Sequence record: SRR31156797_603
Reading direction: 5' to 3' (one strand)
Length of the DNA: 50,509 nucleotides
Under the pieces are notes generated by a model. It worked only from the letters and a program-made list of their open reading frames with translations. It was not told the origin of the DNA and made no database searches. Shown here piece after piece: positions 38,082 through 49,051 of this stretch. How positions within the stretch are numbered: the first letter of the stretch is position 1; every line of letters starts with the position of its first letter. The position numbers and the translations under genes were made by a program.

Positions 38082-39347
38082 ATGGACTATCTTTTGTGGA
38101 TTCTTATTACAATCATTCTTTCCGCCTTCTTCTCAGGAATGGAGATTGCATTTGTATCCTCCAATAAGCTTCGCATTGAAATTGATAAGAAAAAAGGGTA
38201 TGTAATTTCATCATTTCTATCTGTATTTACAAAACACCCTTCCCATTATATTGCTACCATGCTAATTGGTAATAATATAGCCCTTGTGATTTATGGTTTG
38301 GCTATGGCAAAATTACTTGAACCGCAGCTTGAACAGTTCATACATAATGATGGAACCATATTATTGGTAAAAACCCTTATTTCAACATTTATAATTCTTA
38401 TATTTTCTGAATTTCTTCCCAAAACCATTTTCAGGGTAAATCCAAATAAATTGCTGCGTGCATTCTCATTTCCTGTAATGTTTTTCTATCTATTTTTCTA
38501 CCCAATTACCAGGATTTCTACTGGGATTTCTTCTTTATTTTTAAGAATTCTATTTGGCATAAAATCAAAGGATGCTAATAGCGGCCTTGCCTTTGACCGT
38601 TTTGATTTAAATGACCTGATTGGTGAACAATCCGAAGAAGACCAACTGGAACAGGAATTAGAAAAAGACGTAAAGATTTTTAGGAACGTACTAGATTTCA
38701 GCAATATAAAACTGAAAGAATGTATTGTACCAAGAAATGAAATTGTGGCTGTTGAGTTAAATGAATCCATTGAAGTAGTTATTAAAAAATTTAATGAAAC
38801 AGGATTTTCCAGATTACTTGTGTATGATGAAACCATTGACAATATTATCGGATACGTCCACACAATTGACATTCTTAAAAAGCCCGGTAGTATTAAAAAC
38901 ATTGTTCATGCTTTGCCTATTGCACCGGAGACTATGCCTGCTAACAAACTATTGGCAAGTTTTACCGCTAAAAACAAAAGCATTGCCTTAATAGTAGATG
39001 AGTTTGGAGGAACTGCCGGCATAGTGACATTAGAAGATATTATTGAAGAAATATTTGGAGAAATAGAAGACGAGCATGACATAATTGATCTAACAGAAAA
39101 ACAAATATCTGATGATCATTTTATACTTTCCGGTAGACATGAAATTGACTATCTCAATGAAAAATTCAACTTACACTTCCCGGTAGACGAAACCTACGAG
39201 ACACTTGCAGGATTTATTTTAAAGCATACTGAAGATATACCAGATGTGAATAAAGTTATTTCAATTGATAACTATCGATTTATAATTTTAAAAGCAACAG
39301 GTTCAAGAATTGAAGAAGTGGATTTAAAGCTATTTTTCGATAAATAA
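38082..39347 (+). CDS. Hemolysin-family CNNM/CBS/CorC domain protein
   Basis: SAFFSGMEIAF, LIGNN, SEFLPK, GFSRL, VDEFGGTAGIVTLEDIIEEIFGEIEDEHD, YETLAG. Confidence 0.93.
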   Translation: MDYLLWILITIILSAFFSGMEIAFVSSNKLRIEIDKKKGYVISSFLSVFTKHPSHYIATMLIGNNIALVIYGLAMAKLLEPQLEQFIHNDGTILLVKTLISTFIILIFSEFLPKTIFRVNPNKLLRAFSFPVMFFYLFFYPITRISTGISSLFLRILFGIKSKDANSGLAFDRFDLNDLIGEQSEEDQLEQELEKDVKIFRNVLDFSNIKLKECIVPRNEIVAVELNESIEVVIKKFNETGFSRLLVYDETIDNIIGYVHTIDILKKPGSIKNIVHALPIAPETMPANKLLASFTAKNKSIALIVDEFGGTAGIVTLEDIIEEIFGEIEDEHDIIDLTEKQISDDHFILSGRHEIDYLNEKFNLHFPVDETYETLAGFILKHTEDIPDVNKVISIDNYRFIILKATGSRIEEVDLKLFFDK

Positions 39348-39431
39348 TCCTGCTCCAAACATCCACTAATCTCATTTTTCATATTTATTTAAATTTCAGT
39401 CCTTATTCAACCAATAAAATAACGTTTTTTA

Positions 39432-39439
39432 TACATTTG
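39432..39439 (+). promoter_or_regulatory. Sigma-A -7 element for the adhesin-domain gene
   Basis: TACATTTG followed by CA; supports the ATG 39461 start. Confidence 0.6.
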
Positions 39440-39460
39440 CAGAAACTTAAATCAAATTAC

Positions 39461-40276
39461 ATGAAGTATCTGTTACCTTTTTTTGCAATGATCTCAATAT
39501 CATTAGCAGCGCAACAAACAAAAACCGACTATTTGCTTTTCGAAGGATTTGAATCAGGGGTAATTCCTGCTGATTGGAATTTAATTGATTCCGATGGGGA
39601 TGGAAATCAATGGGAAATGCATCCTTCAAACTGGAGTGATGCTCATTCCGGGGATTATTCAATCGCAAGTTACTCATGGTTTAACGGAAGTGCTTATACA
39701 CCAAACAACTGGTTAATTTCACCGGCTATTGAATTAAACTCAAATGCAACACTAAGCTATTATGTAAAAGCAATTAGTGAAAACTTTTCACAAGAACACT
39801 ATCAAGTAAAACTATCTGTTTCTGGAACTGAAACTACAGATTTCACTGAGTTACTATTGGACGAGACACTACCAGAAGGCAACAACCAATGGTTATTAAA
39901 AGAGATCGATTTATCAATGTTTTTAAACGAGACAGTCTATATTGCCTTTGTGCATAATCAAATAACAGATATGTTTGCGCTAAAAATTGATGACATAACA
40001 ATTGCAGAAGACACAACTTCTACTGGCATTTTTAATATGAATGCATCAAATATTTACATTTATCCCAATCCGGTAAAGAACAATACAATAAATATTAGGA
40101 CAGATAAAACAATAGATGAAATATCAATCTATGACATTATTGGAAAACCTATATACACTCAATCAGAAAATTTTGGAAATACCCATCAATTAAAAATTGA
40201 TTTAAAACCGGGACAATATATCATGAGAATAAAAGCGAATCAACAGGTTTATAATCAAAAAATAATAGTACAATAA
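39461..40276 (+). CDS. Cleaved-adhesin / choice-of-anchor J domain protein with T9SS type A sorting domain
   Basis: EGFE..IPADW.LIDSDGDG..W, PNNWLISP, VYIAFVH, LKIDDI, then IYPNP...GQYI...KIIVQ. Confidence 0.85.
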   Translation: MKYLLPFFAMISISLAAQQTKTDYLLFEGFESGVIPADWNLIDSDGDGNQWEMHPSNWSDAHSGDYSIASYSWFNGSAYTPNNWLISPAIELNSNATLSYYVKAISENFSQEHYQVKLSVSGTETTDFTELLLDETLPEGNNQWLLKEIDLSMFLNETVYIAFVHNQITDMFALKIDDITIAEDTTSTGIFNMNASNIYIYPNPVKNNTINIRTDKTIDEISIYDIIGKPIYTQSENFGNTHQLKIDLKPGQYIMRIKANQQVYNQKIIVQ

Positions 40277-40285
40277 ATAGTGAAC

Positions 40286-40320
40286 AAAAAAAGGGGGTGT
40301 CCAAAAAGACACCCCCATTT
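40286..40320. terminator. Bidirectional terminator between the adhesin gene and aspS
   Basis: A7-GGGGGTGTC-CAAAAA-GACACCCCC-ATTT. Confidence 0.85.
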
Positions 40321-40336
40321 CTTATATTTTTTATTA

Positions 40337-42094
40337 TTATTTTTCTACTTCTTTAAGTTTCAACATTAATTCATCCAATTGTTCAGTTGCCACATCTGAT
40401 GGAGAATCAATCATTACGTCGCGTCCACTATTATTTTTAGGGAATGCGATCACGTCTCTGATGGAATCAAGTCCTGCAATAATTGATACAAGGCGATCAA
40501 AACCAAATGCTATTCCGGCATGTGGCGGCGCGCCGTATTTGAATGCATTCATAAGGAAACCAAACTGATTTTCGGCTTCTTCTTTTGTAAAACCTAATGT
40601 TTTAAACATTTTAGCCTGTAGTTCCTGATCGTGAATTCTTACTGAACCTCCTCCTATCTCTGCACCATTAATAACTAAGTCATATGCATTGGCTCTAACT
40701 TTACCCGCATCACTATCTAACATGGCAATATCCTCAGGCTTTGGAGCTGTAAAAGGATGGTGCATCGCATAGTAACGTTGTGTTTCTTCATCCCATTCAA
40801 CCAATGGAAAATCAACAACCCACAATGGAACAAAAGTTTTTTTGTCTTTTAAACCAAGGCGTTCTCCCATTTCAAGTCTTAATTCAGACAATCCATGCAA
40901 AGTAATTTTCTTATCGCCTGCTAAAATTAAAATCAAGTCCCCTGGTTTTGCATTAAACTCTTCAGCCCACTTCTTCAACTCTTCCTGCCCATAAAACTTA
41001 TCTACAGATGATTTAAAGGTGCCATCTTCATTGTATTTAACGTACACAAGTCCTTTTGCTCCGATTTGCGGACGCTGAACCCATTTCGTAAGATTATCTA
41101 AATCTTTACGGGAATAACTAGCCAAACCTTCAGCACAAATTCCTCCAATATATTCTGCACTATCAAACACAACAAAATTATGACCTTTTACAAGATCATT
41201 AAGCTGATGTAATTCCATTCCAAATCTCAAATCAGGCTTATCGTTTCCATATTTGGCCATTGCTTCGCTAAATGGAATGCGTTTAAATGGCGTTTCCATT
41301 TCAACGTTAAGCACATTCTTGAAAATTGCTTTTGTCATATCTTCAAAAGTGCTTAATACATCATCTTGCTCAGCAAAGGACATCTCACAATCAATTTGTG
41401 TAAATTCAGGCTGTCTATCAGCACGAAGATCCTCATCGCGAAAACATTTTACAATCTGATAGTAACGATCATACCCTGAAACCATCAATAATTGTTTAAA
41501 TACCTGAGGAGATTGAGGCAGTGCATAAAACTGTCCCGGATTCATGCGAGAAGGTACTACAAAGTCTCGTGCTCCTTCAGGAGTAGATTTAATTAAAACA
41601 GGAGTTTCAATTTCAAAAAAATGCTGATTATTCAAATAATTTCTCACTTCTTGTGCAACACGATGCCTCAAAGCAACCTGCCTTTGCAAAGGCGCTCTTC
41701 TTAGATCCAGATACCTGTATTTCATTCGAAGCTCATCTCCACCGTCCGTATCTTCTTCAATGGTAAATGGTGGAATCTCTGATTTGCTTAAAATATTGAT
41801 TTCATAACAGGCGATTTCAATATCACCTGTTGGAATATTAGGATTTTTATTACTTCTTTCGATTACTTTTCCCTTCACCTGCACTACAAATTCGCGCCCA
41901 ACTTCTCTGGCTTTTGCAGTCATTTCAGGGTTTGCATTCTCATCAAATGCCAACTGAGTTATTCCATAACGATCACGTAAATCTATGAAAGTCATTCCAC
42001 CCAAATTACGTATTTTTTGCACCCAACCACTGAGTACAATTTCATCACCCACGTTTTCAATTCTTAATTCACCACAAGTATGAGTCCTATACAT
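40337..42094 (-). CDS. aspS: Aspartate--tRNA ligase
   Basis: [56 protein letters not shown]. Confidence 0.98.
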   Translation of the reverse strand: MYRTHTCGELRIENVGDEIVLSGWVQKIRNLGGMTFIDLRDRYGITQLAFDENANPEMTAKAREVGREFVVQVKGKVIERSNKNPNIPTGDIEIACYEINILSKSEIPPFTIEEDTDGGDELRMKYRYLDLRRAPLQRQVALRHRVAQEVRNYLNNQHFFEIETPVLIKSTPEGARDFVVPSRMNPGQFYALPQSPQVFKQLLMVSGYDRYYQIVKCFRDEDLRADRQPEFTQIDCEMSFAEQDDVLSTFEDMTKAIFKNVLNVEMETPFKRIPFSEAMAKYGNDKPDLRFGMELHQLNDLVKGHNFVVFDSAEYIGGICAEGLASYSRKDLDNLTKWVQRPQIGAKGLVYVKYNEDGTFKSSVDKFYGQEELKKWAEEFNAKPGDLILILAGDKKITLHGLSELRLEMGERLGLKDKKTFVPLWVVDFPLVEWDEETQRYYAMHHPFTAPKPEDIAMLDSDAGKVRANAYDLVINGAEIGGGSVRIHDQELQAKMFKTLGFTKEEAENQFGFLMNAFKYGAPPHAGIAFGFDRLVSIIAGLDSIRDVIAFPKNNSGRDVMIDSPSDVATEQLDELMLKLKEVEK

Positions 42095-42120
42095 AATATC
42101 CTGTTTTTCGATTTATCACG

Positions 42121-42128
42121 CAAAGATA
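42121..42128 (-). promoter_or_regulatory. Sigma-A -7 element for aspS
   Basis: TATCTTTG followed by CG on the minus strand. Confidence 0.7.
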
Positions 42129-42356
42129 GAATAAAGATTTGGATTAGGATAAACACAACAAATCATATCGTTTCAATTTCAAATCATTTTAAAAAGCTAT
42201 GAAAAACAAGCGTGTAAAACGTATAATAAGAATTTCAATATTTCACTTCCTCTTGAAAATGTTAAATCATTCGGAGATAAGGATAAAAATGACTATTTTG
42301 TGCTGTTAAATTGACATTAAGTTATGTAGAATAGGTTTTCGGGGGCAATAGGAAGT

Positions 42357-45300
42357 ATGAAGATTTTCAACATTTTTTTTATATTATTCTTTCTTGTTTC
42401 AATTGAAGTTGCAAGCCAGAATAATTATGTCTATAACTTTAAAAGATATGCCAACGAGCAAGGTTTATCTCAAAGCCAGGTTTCGGATATTGATCAAGAC
42501 AAAATGGGAAGAATCTGGATTGCCACCTATTCAGGAGGAGTTACAATTTTAGATGGCATAACAGAAACATATATTAATCGTCAAAAGGGTTTGCCCTCAT
42601 TTACAACAACCTCATTGTATCAGGACACTGACAATAATATGTGGATTGGAACCGGTAACGGTGTTTGCTACTATAATGGTTATTCTATAAAAATTCCTGT
42701 AGTCAGCGAAGAAGTTAAAAAACTTTACATTCTTGACATCAATCAAGACAATAATGGACGAATATGGTTAGCAACTGACCAGGGAATATGGTATTCCGAA
42801 AATGATACCATTTATCTAGCTGATGCTTCATTAATGCAATATCCTTTTTTTCACATCTCAAAACAACCAGAAACAGGAGAAATGTGGTTTAGCTCCGGAC
42901 TCGGAGAAATTTATATTTTAAGGGATAATAACTTTCATAAATTTTACTTTAAAGATTACAAAACAACCCTAAGTGAAAACATTTATTTCCTTAGCCCTAA
43001 AAACTTCCTGTTAGCCACAACACAAGGTATTCTTGAATATCAAATAACCGACTCTGACACCATTCTAAACTCTCATCAACTTAAAAACAAGCATGTTGTA
43101 GATATTGAATTTGATCAGGAAAAACAACTATGGGCAGGAACAGATGAATCTGGTTTGTATATTTTCGACAATCAGGGAGGCGTCCAACATATTACGGCAT
43201 ACCAGGGTATTGGATACAACAGGGTTTACAAGATATTCAAAGACCGCCAACAAAACATGTGGGTTGGAACTGATGGTGCAGGAGCATCACTTTTCAAAGG
43301 ATCCAGGTTTTCAGAGATATTAATAAGTGAACTCTACCAACCGTCATTTATTATGGATATTTATATTGATAAAAATGACAATATGTGGGTTGCTTCAGAA
43401 GGACAGGGAGTAGTTAAAATTTCAAATGGAAAAAACACATTATATAATACACAAAATGGTTTAAGCAACAACTTTACTAAAGATATTACAGGAGATGGTA
43501 AAGGTAATATTTACGTAGCAACAAATGATGGCATTACTGTGATTAAGGGCAATACAATGAAGTATCTGCAAAAACCCAATCATTTGGTAACCAATATTAT
43601 TGAATCTATTTTAATAGACTCAAAAGGCAGAATTTGGGCAGGAACCTACGGACACGGGCTGCAATGTATTGATAACCAACTGCTATTATCATCTGCTAAT
43701 GGCCTTGCCAGTGACTATATTTGGGACATATTTGAATCAAGTAATAATAAAATTTACGTAGCTACAGATGCCGGAGTATGCATAATCGAAAATGACAAGG
43801 TTGTTGATACTTTAAACGCACAGGATGGTTTACTAAGCGAAGACATTACCTCAATAACTGAAGATTCACATGGAAACATGTGGTTTGCCTCTGAAGGAGG
43901 CGTTTCATGGTATAATGGCAAAAAACTCATTTTTTATCATATTGACGAATTATGTAACAGCAATATCATTTATTCAATAATCGAAGATGGATTTGGCCGA
44001 ATAATGTTTGGCACTGAGAATGGCGTGGTGATTTTATCGGCAGATAAATCAGGAGGGATACACTCCACTTACCAATTCTCTAAAAATGACGGCTTTTTTG
44101 GTATTGAATGTAACTCTGACGCGGTTGTTAAGGATAAAAATAATAATATCTACTGGGGAACAATTAATGGTGTTACTAGACACATACCTTCAGAGGAGTG
44201 GCATACTAAAATGGTTGCCAACCCTTATCTAAGCACTATTGAATTATCTGACGAAAACGACAATCTTATCAGCTTTGCTGATTCCATAGCACCATGGTAT
44301 AATTTACCTGTTAATTTAAAACTACCTGCCAACAAAAGCAACCTTACATTCCACTTTGGAGCTCCGGAATTTTTATACAGCAGCGAACTAAGATATAAAT
44401 ATAAGCTCGAAGGAATAGATAATGAATGGTCTAAACCCGTTTTGCAAACACAAGTTAACTACAACCACCTTGCACCGGGAGAATATACCTTTAAAGTTCA
44501 AACTTTACATGTTGACTTTCCCTCAAAACCTGCCGGAATAGAATCGTTCTCTTTCACCATTGAAACTCCAATTTATCAAACATGGTGGTTTAGAACCATT
44601 GCCCTTGGATTAGTATTGAGTGTTGTACTATTGTTCTGGAATTATAGAATATTTGCGTTAAGACAAAGAAAAGTTAGATTACAAAAGCTTGTAAGAGAGA
44701 GAACTAACCAACTCTCCAAACAAAAGAACGAATTGGAAATTGCCAACCGGGAAATTCGAAGAAGCGCCAAATTAAAAGAACAATTTTTAGCCAATACCAG
44801 TCACGAAATGCGCACACCTCTTAACGTAATTATTGGCTATAGCAATTTGCTTCACAACTCTGAATTAAGTAATAAACAGAATAAATATGTCGAAAACATT
44901 CGCTCAAGTGGCGAACATTTGAAAGTTATTATTAACGACTTACTTGATTTATCAAAAATTGAAGCTGATAAGCTTGAATTGATAAGCACTTCTTTTGATT
45001 ATCGCAGAGTAATTATAAACACCTTTAACATTTTTAGAATTGAGGCAGAAGGAAAAGGTATAAATGCTGAAATGGAAATTAAACGCCCTGTTCATAAAAT
45101 TATGGGTGATCCGGTACGCTTAACCCAAATTATATCTAATCTGCTCAGAAATTCTATCAAGTTTACTGAAAAAGGCACTATCCGAATTGACACTCACGAA
45201 GAACTGGTCGACCAGAAAAGACTTAATTTGCATATTCAAATTGAAGATACAGGTATTGGAATACCTAAAGATAAGATAGACAAAATATTCAAGAGTTTCA

Positions 45301-46298
45301 CGCAGGTTTCAGGTGACATGACTAGAAAATATGGTGGTACAGGCCTGGGTCTATCTATCGTAGACAAGCTTGTGAAACTTCATCAGGGTACAATTAACGT
45401 TAAGAGTAAAGAAGATAAGGGAACGATCTTTAAAATCATGTTGCCATTTAAAATTGCAAGCGACGAGAAAATTCAAAAACCCACAAAAGAAGACATCAAA
45501 TACTCAAAATCACTATCCGGCCTCAGTATTCTAATCGTTGATGATAACGAGTTAAACTTATCACTTGCCATTGAAACACTTTACAAGTTCAATAATTCGA
45601 TTCATACTGATGTGGCATACAACGGCAAAGAAGCCATTGAAAAACTTGAAAATGAAAGCTTTGATCTTGTGATAATGGATATTCAAATGCCTGTAATGGA
45701 TGGTTACGAAGCAACCCGTATTATTAGAGAAAGAAATGATGTAAAAGGCAGAACCCCAATTCTTGGAATGACTGCACATGCGATGAAGGATGAGCGCCAA
45801 AAATGTTTGGACCTTGGCATGAATGAATATTTATCGAAACCATTCTCACCAAATGAGCTACTTAAGAGAATACATGCCATATTAAAAATTGAACCTCCCA
45901 AAGACGACGACCAACCTAAGCTTTTAACTTCAAGTAACGGTAATGGTAAGTTCAAATCGTTCAATATTGATAAAATCAAAAATATTGTTGGGGACTCACT
46001 TGAGAAGGAAGTAAAATATCTGAAAATGTTTCAGAAGAACGCACCGGAGTTAATCAATAATATTTCCATTGGTGTGTCAGAAAAAGACTTTAAAAAGGTA
46101 AAAGTATCAGCCCATTCTTTAAAGTCTACATTCCGCTATTATGGCGCAGATAAACTCATGGAATTTAGCAAAGAAATAGAAGATATTGCTCCCACTAACA
46201 ACGAAAGCGCTATTCGCGAATTAATTATTAAATTAGAAACAGGGTGGCAGGATATCGATAAAGAACTGAAAGATTATTTTAATAAATCAAAAAGCTAG
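42357..46298 (+). CDS. Hybrid sensor kinase: Reg_prop beta-propellers, Y_Y_Y, TM, HisKA, HATPase, receiver, Hpt
   Basis: Repeated GL..N/S...I.QD..G..W.GT, YKYKLEG...YNHLAPGEYTF, FLANTSHEMRTPLN, GGTGLGL, MDIQMPVMDG, AHSLKS. Confidence 0.93.
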   Translation: MKIFNIFFILFFLVSIEVASQNNYVYNFKRYANEQGLSQSQVSDIDQDKMGRIWIATYSGGVTILDGITETYINRQKGLPSFTTTSLYQDTDNNMWIGTGNGVCYYNGYSIKIPVVSEEVKKLYILDINQDNNGRIWLATDQGIWYSENDTIYLADASLMQYPFFHISKQPETGEMWFSSGLGEIYILRDNNFHKFYFKDYKTTLSENIYFLSPKNFLLATTQGILEYQITDSDTILNSHQLKNKHVVDIEFDQEKQLWAGTDESGLYIFDNQGGVQHITAYQGIGYNRVYKIFKDRQQNMWVGTDGAGASLFKGSRFSEILISELYQPSFIMDIYIDKNDNMWVASEGQGVVKISNGKNTLYNTQNGLSNNFTKDITGDGKGNIYVATNDGITVIKGNTMKYLQKPNHLVTNIIESILIDSKGRIWAGTYGHGLQCIDNQLLLSSANGLASDYIWDIFESSNNKIYVATDAGVCIIENDKVVDTLNAQDGLLSEDITSITEDSHGNMWFASEGGVSWYNGKKLIFYHIDELCNSNIIYSIIEDGFGRIMFGTENGVVILSADKSGGIHSTYQFSKNDGFFGIECNSDAVVKDKNNNIYWGTINGVTRHIPSEEWHTKMVANPYLSTIELSDENDNLISFADSIAPWYNLPVNLKLPANKSNLTFHFGAPEFLYSSELRYKYKLEGIDNEWSKPVLQTQVNYNHLAPGEYTFKVQTLHVDFPSKPAGIESFSFTIETPIYQTWWFRTIALGLVLSVVLLFWNYRIFALRQRKVRLQKLVRERTNQLSKQKNELEIANREIRRSAKLKEQFLANTSHEMRTPLNVIIGYSNLLHNSELSNKQNKYVENIRSSGEHLKVIINDLLDLSKIEADKLELISTSFDYRRVIINTFNIFRIEAEGKGINAEMEIKRPVHKIMGDPVRLTQIISNLLRNSIKFTEKGTIRIDTHEELVDQKRLNLHIQIEDTGIGIPKDKIDKIFKSFTQVSGDMTRKYGGTGLGLSIVDKLVKLHQGTINVKSKEDKGTIFKIMLPFKIASDEKIQKPTKEDIKYSKSLSGLSILIVDDNELNLSLAIETLYKFNNSIHTDVAYNGKEAIEKLENESFDLVIMDIQMPVMDGYEATRIIRERNDVKGRTPILGMTAHAMKDERQKCLDLGMNEYLSKPFSPNELLKRIHAILKIEPPKDDDQPKLLTSSNGNGKFKSFNIDKIKNIVGDSLEKEVKYLKMFQKNAPELINNISIGVSEKDFKKVKVSAHSLKSTFRYYGADKLMEFSKEIEDIAPTNNESAIRELIIKLETGWQDIDKELKDYFNKSKS

Positions 46299-46322
46299 TT
46301 GATTCAACTCACGTTAATTTCT

Positions 46323-47369
46323 CTAATTTTTAAAAAATCGATTCAAATTTGTTCTTACAGATAAATGATTAGTAGCGCCGGCAAGATGATATGATGCTCT
46401 GGCATATTCAATATAAAAACCTTTAATTAAAATTGTTCCGCCAATACTAATACCTGTAAAACCAGCCTTATCAATTATTTTCATTGTGCTACGTTGATAA
46501 TAATTGTATCCTATTCTGGCTGAAAATTTCTCCGAAGGTTTAAACTCAAAACCAAAAATGAGATGTCGTGCAATCTTTTCTGCATCTTTTCGAATATAAT
46601 CTGTTTCTATCTCTTCAGGAGCTAAACCTGTATTATTGGGCACTACAGTATTTTCATTTGACAATAATAAATCAGCTTTATGCAGATGATGCGCTACAAG
46701 AGAAAAACGAAAAGGTGCATGCGCTAAGCCCTTCGAAATACCAAACTGATAATCCATTGGTAAAGGCTCATCGGCTTGGGCTACATAAGTATCAATTTGA
46801 TTTCCTATGTTTTTTGCTACCAAAGAAACAGTCAATTGCAATTCCGGATTATTATATGTTAATCCGGCATCAAATGCTGCGGCATAGGCATCATAAATAT
46901 CAATTTTTGAGTAGATACCTTTCACATTGGCTCCAAGCCTAAGATTTTTCATTAATGGCTGCGACCATCCAATAATAAACGCATAATCACCTCCTGTAAA
47001 AGTCCCCAAATCATTCCCATATTGGTCAAACTTATTCATTTCACCATAATTCAAATATTGAATTCCAAAAGAGAAAAACCCAAGCGCCTTAAAATCAAGC
47101 CCATACGACACCAACCCCACATTTACACCTGGTTGAATATTGGAATAATTAATACCAATTTGCTGATCCAAACCAGGGTTTAACAAGGCCGGGTTAACAG
47201 TAATCAAATTGATATTACTATCAGCACTAGCAATTGGACTACCTCCCATTGAGGCCTCATATGCTGATGAAGGAATAGTCAAAAACTTATAAACGGTTGA
47301 TATATCATCCTGTGCGTAGCTAGAACTTAAAAACGAAAATATAGAGAATAGAATAATAATTTGCTTCAT
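46323..47369 (-). CDS. porQ: Type IX secretion system outer membrane protein, PorQ-like (PorV/PorQ family)
   Basis: VYKFLTIPSSA..ASMGG, NPALL, YLNYG, KNIG.Q, LAHAPFRFS, RHLIFG.E, GYNYYQR. ATG 47369 preferred over GTG 47378. Confidence 0.8.
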   Translation of the reverse strand: MKQIIILFSIFSFLSSSYAQDDISTVYKFLTIPSSAYEASMGGSPIASADSNINLITVNPALLNPGLDQQIGINYSNIQPGVNVGLVSYGLDFKALGFFSFGIQYLNYGEMNKFDQYGNDLGTFTGGDYAFIIGWSQPLMKNLRLGANVKGIYSKIDIYDAYAAAFDAGLTYNNPELQLTVSLVAKNIGNQIDTYVAQADEPLPMDYQFGISKGLAHAPFRFSLVAHHLHKADLLLSNENTVVPNNTGLAPEEIETDYIRKDAEKIARHLIFGFEFKPSEKFSARIGYNYYQRSTMKIIDKAGFTGISIGGTILIKGFYIEYARASYHLAGATNHLSVRTNLNRFFKN

Positions 47370-47431
47370 AGAATTCACTTATTCAATTAATCAACCCATT
47401 GATGGGGAAATGCTGATATTTATAACGTGCT

Positions 47432-47439
47432 CAAATATA
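47432..47439 (-). promoter_or_regulatory. Sigma-A -7 element for porQ
   Basis: TATATTTG on the minus strand. Confidence 0.55.
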
Positions 47440-47487
47440 AAAAAATTATACTCAGGTTATAAATAACGTGAGTTTCTATGTTAAATA

Positions 47488-47991
47488 TTAATTCTTCAAA
47501 TAAATGTCCGTTAATTTTCTAAAAACGTGATAAACAACAGGACAGGTAAATGTATTTTGCAAAGATATTTTCAAATGATTTTGAAAACGATTTTGATGAG
47601 TATGAGGATAATCCCTGCATGCTTTCGGCCGCTTTTCATATACAATGCAATAATTATCATCCAATAGGAAAGGACAAGGCATTGTTTTAAAAACATAATC
47701 GCCATCCTCATCAACCCTTAAATATTGATCTACAACTTCACTATCTTTCAACTTAAGTTGCTTTCCTAACCTGGAAATATCTCTATCTGTAATCCTGGGA
47801 CCTAAACTTCGGCAACAATTACCACAATTCAGACAATCTATCTCTTCAAAAAGATCAGCATCTAATTCGTGTACAATATCATCAAGATCGCCGGGTTTCT
47901 TTTTGCGCAAGCGTTTGATTAATTCCTGGTGTTCTTTATAATGACTTTGTGCCAGTTCTTTAAGTTTGTTGGGTTCGATATACACTGACAT
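47488..47991 (-). CDS. YkgJ-family cysteine-cluster (CxxCxxCC) protein
   Basis: CLNCGNCC, CPFL, C.VYEKRPKACRDYP. ATG 47991 overlaps the upstream stop (TAATG). Confidence 0.88.
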   Translation of the reverse strand: MSVYIEPNKLKELAQSHYKEHQELIKRLRKKKPGDLDDIVHELDADLFEEIDCLNCGNCCRSLGPRITDRDISRLGKQLKLKDSEVVDQYLRVDEDGDYVFKTMPCPFLLDDNYCIVYEKRPKACRDYPHTHQNRFQNHLKISLQNTFTCPVVYHVFRKLTDIYLKN

Positions 47992-49049
47992 TAGGAATAA
48001 TCCATTTTTAGTTGATCCAATTCTTTTAGTGAGCAATACAATAAATTAATAGTATCCAAAACATCTTGTTTGTGTACACTTTCAATTACCTGATGAATAT
48101 GTCTTGTGGGAATACTTAAGGCGCCCGCAATTGAGCCTCCTTTAACCATTCGCTGCAAACTACCGGTATCTGTTCCACCAGCTGGCAACATCTCAGTCTG
48201 ATACTTAATTTTATGCTTTTTAGCTGTATTCTTAAAAAACTCAACCATTCTTAAATCAGAAATAACTGAAGCATCCATAATTTTTATAGCTACTCCATCA
48301 CCTAGCTTAGAAACTTGTTCCTGAGGTTGAGATCCCGGGGTATCAAAAGCAATTGTTGTATCTAAACCAATTGCAACATCGGGTTCAATAGCCTGCGCAG
48401 AAACCTGAGCACCGCGTAATCCAACTTCTTCCTGAACTGTAAATACAGCATATAAGTCAAAAGCAGGTTTTTCATCTTTAAACATTTTCAACACCTGCTC
48501 TAAAATATAAACTGAAATCCTATTGTCCATGGACTTTCCATTATAGCATTCACCCATCTCAATTAATTCGCGATCTCTTGTCACTGCATTACCCGGCTCG
48601 ATGAACTTTTTAACCTCATCAGCTGACATCCCGGTGTCAATAAAGAAATCATCTAACTCAACACTTTTTTTACGCTCTTCGGGTTTCATAATATGAATGG
48701 GTTTACTACCCATTACACCTATAATATCTTTCTTGCCATGTACTATCATACGCTGGGCAGTTAATGTTTTTGGATCAAAACCTCCCAAAGGATGAAACCT
48801 TAAAAACCCATTATCATCAATATGGTTAATGATAAATCCAATCTCATCCATATGGGCTGCCACCATCACTTTCTTATCAGATTTCCCTTTTTTAAATACC
48901 ACAAGGTTACCCAAGTTATCGATCCATACTTTATCTCCAAGACTTTTTACATTTTTAAAGATTAAATCTCGAATAGCATGTTCAAAACCTGATGTACCAG
49001 GGGTTTCTGATATATCCTTCAGCCTTTTAAAATCATTCTTTAACTGCAT
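47991..49049 (-). CDS. M42-family metallo-aminopeptidase
   Basis: AAHMDEIG, SMDNR, VQEEVGLRGA, GGTD, PTRHIH. Confidence 0.93.
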   Translation of the reverse strand: MQLKNDFKRLKDISETPGTSGFEHAIRDLIFKNVKSLGDKVWIDNLGNLVVFKKGKSDKKVMVAAHMDEIGFIINHIDDNGFLRFHPLGGFDPKTLTAQRMIVHGKKDIIGVMGSKPIHIMKPEERKKSVELDDFFIDTGMSADEVKKFIEPGNAVTRDRELIEMGECYNGKSMDNRISVYILEQVLKMFKDEKPAFDLYAVFTVQEEVGLRGAQVSAQAIEPDVAIGLDTTIAFDTPGSQPQEQVSKLGDGVAIKIMDASVISDLRMVEFFKNTAKKHKIKYQTEMLPAGGTDTGSLQRMVKGGSIAGALSIPTRHIHQVIESVHKQDVLDTINLLYCSLKELDQLKMDYS

Positions 49050-49051
49050 AA

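Noticed and set aside
26016..40316. Two terminators share a TGTC-(A-rich loop)-GACA core (26016-26042 and 40293-40316), suggesting a REP-like family
   Set aside because: Only two copies with different outer stems; both are explained as bidirectional terminators.
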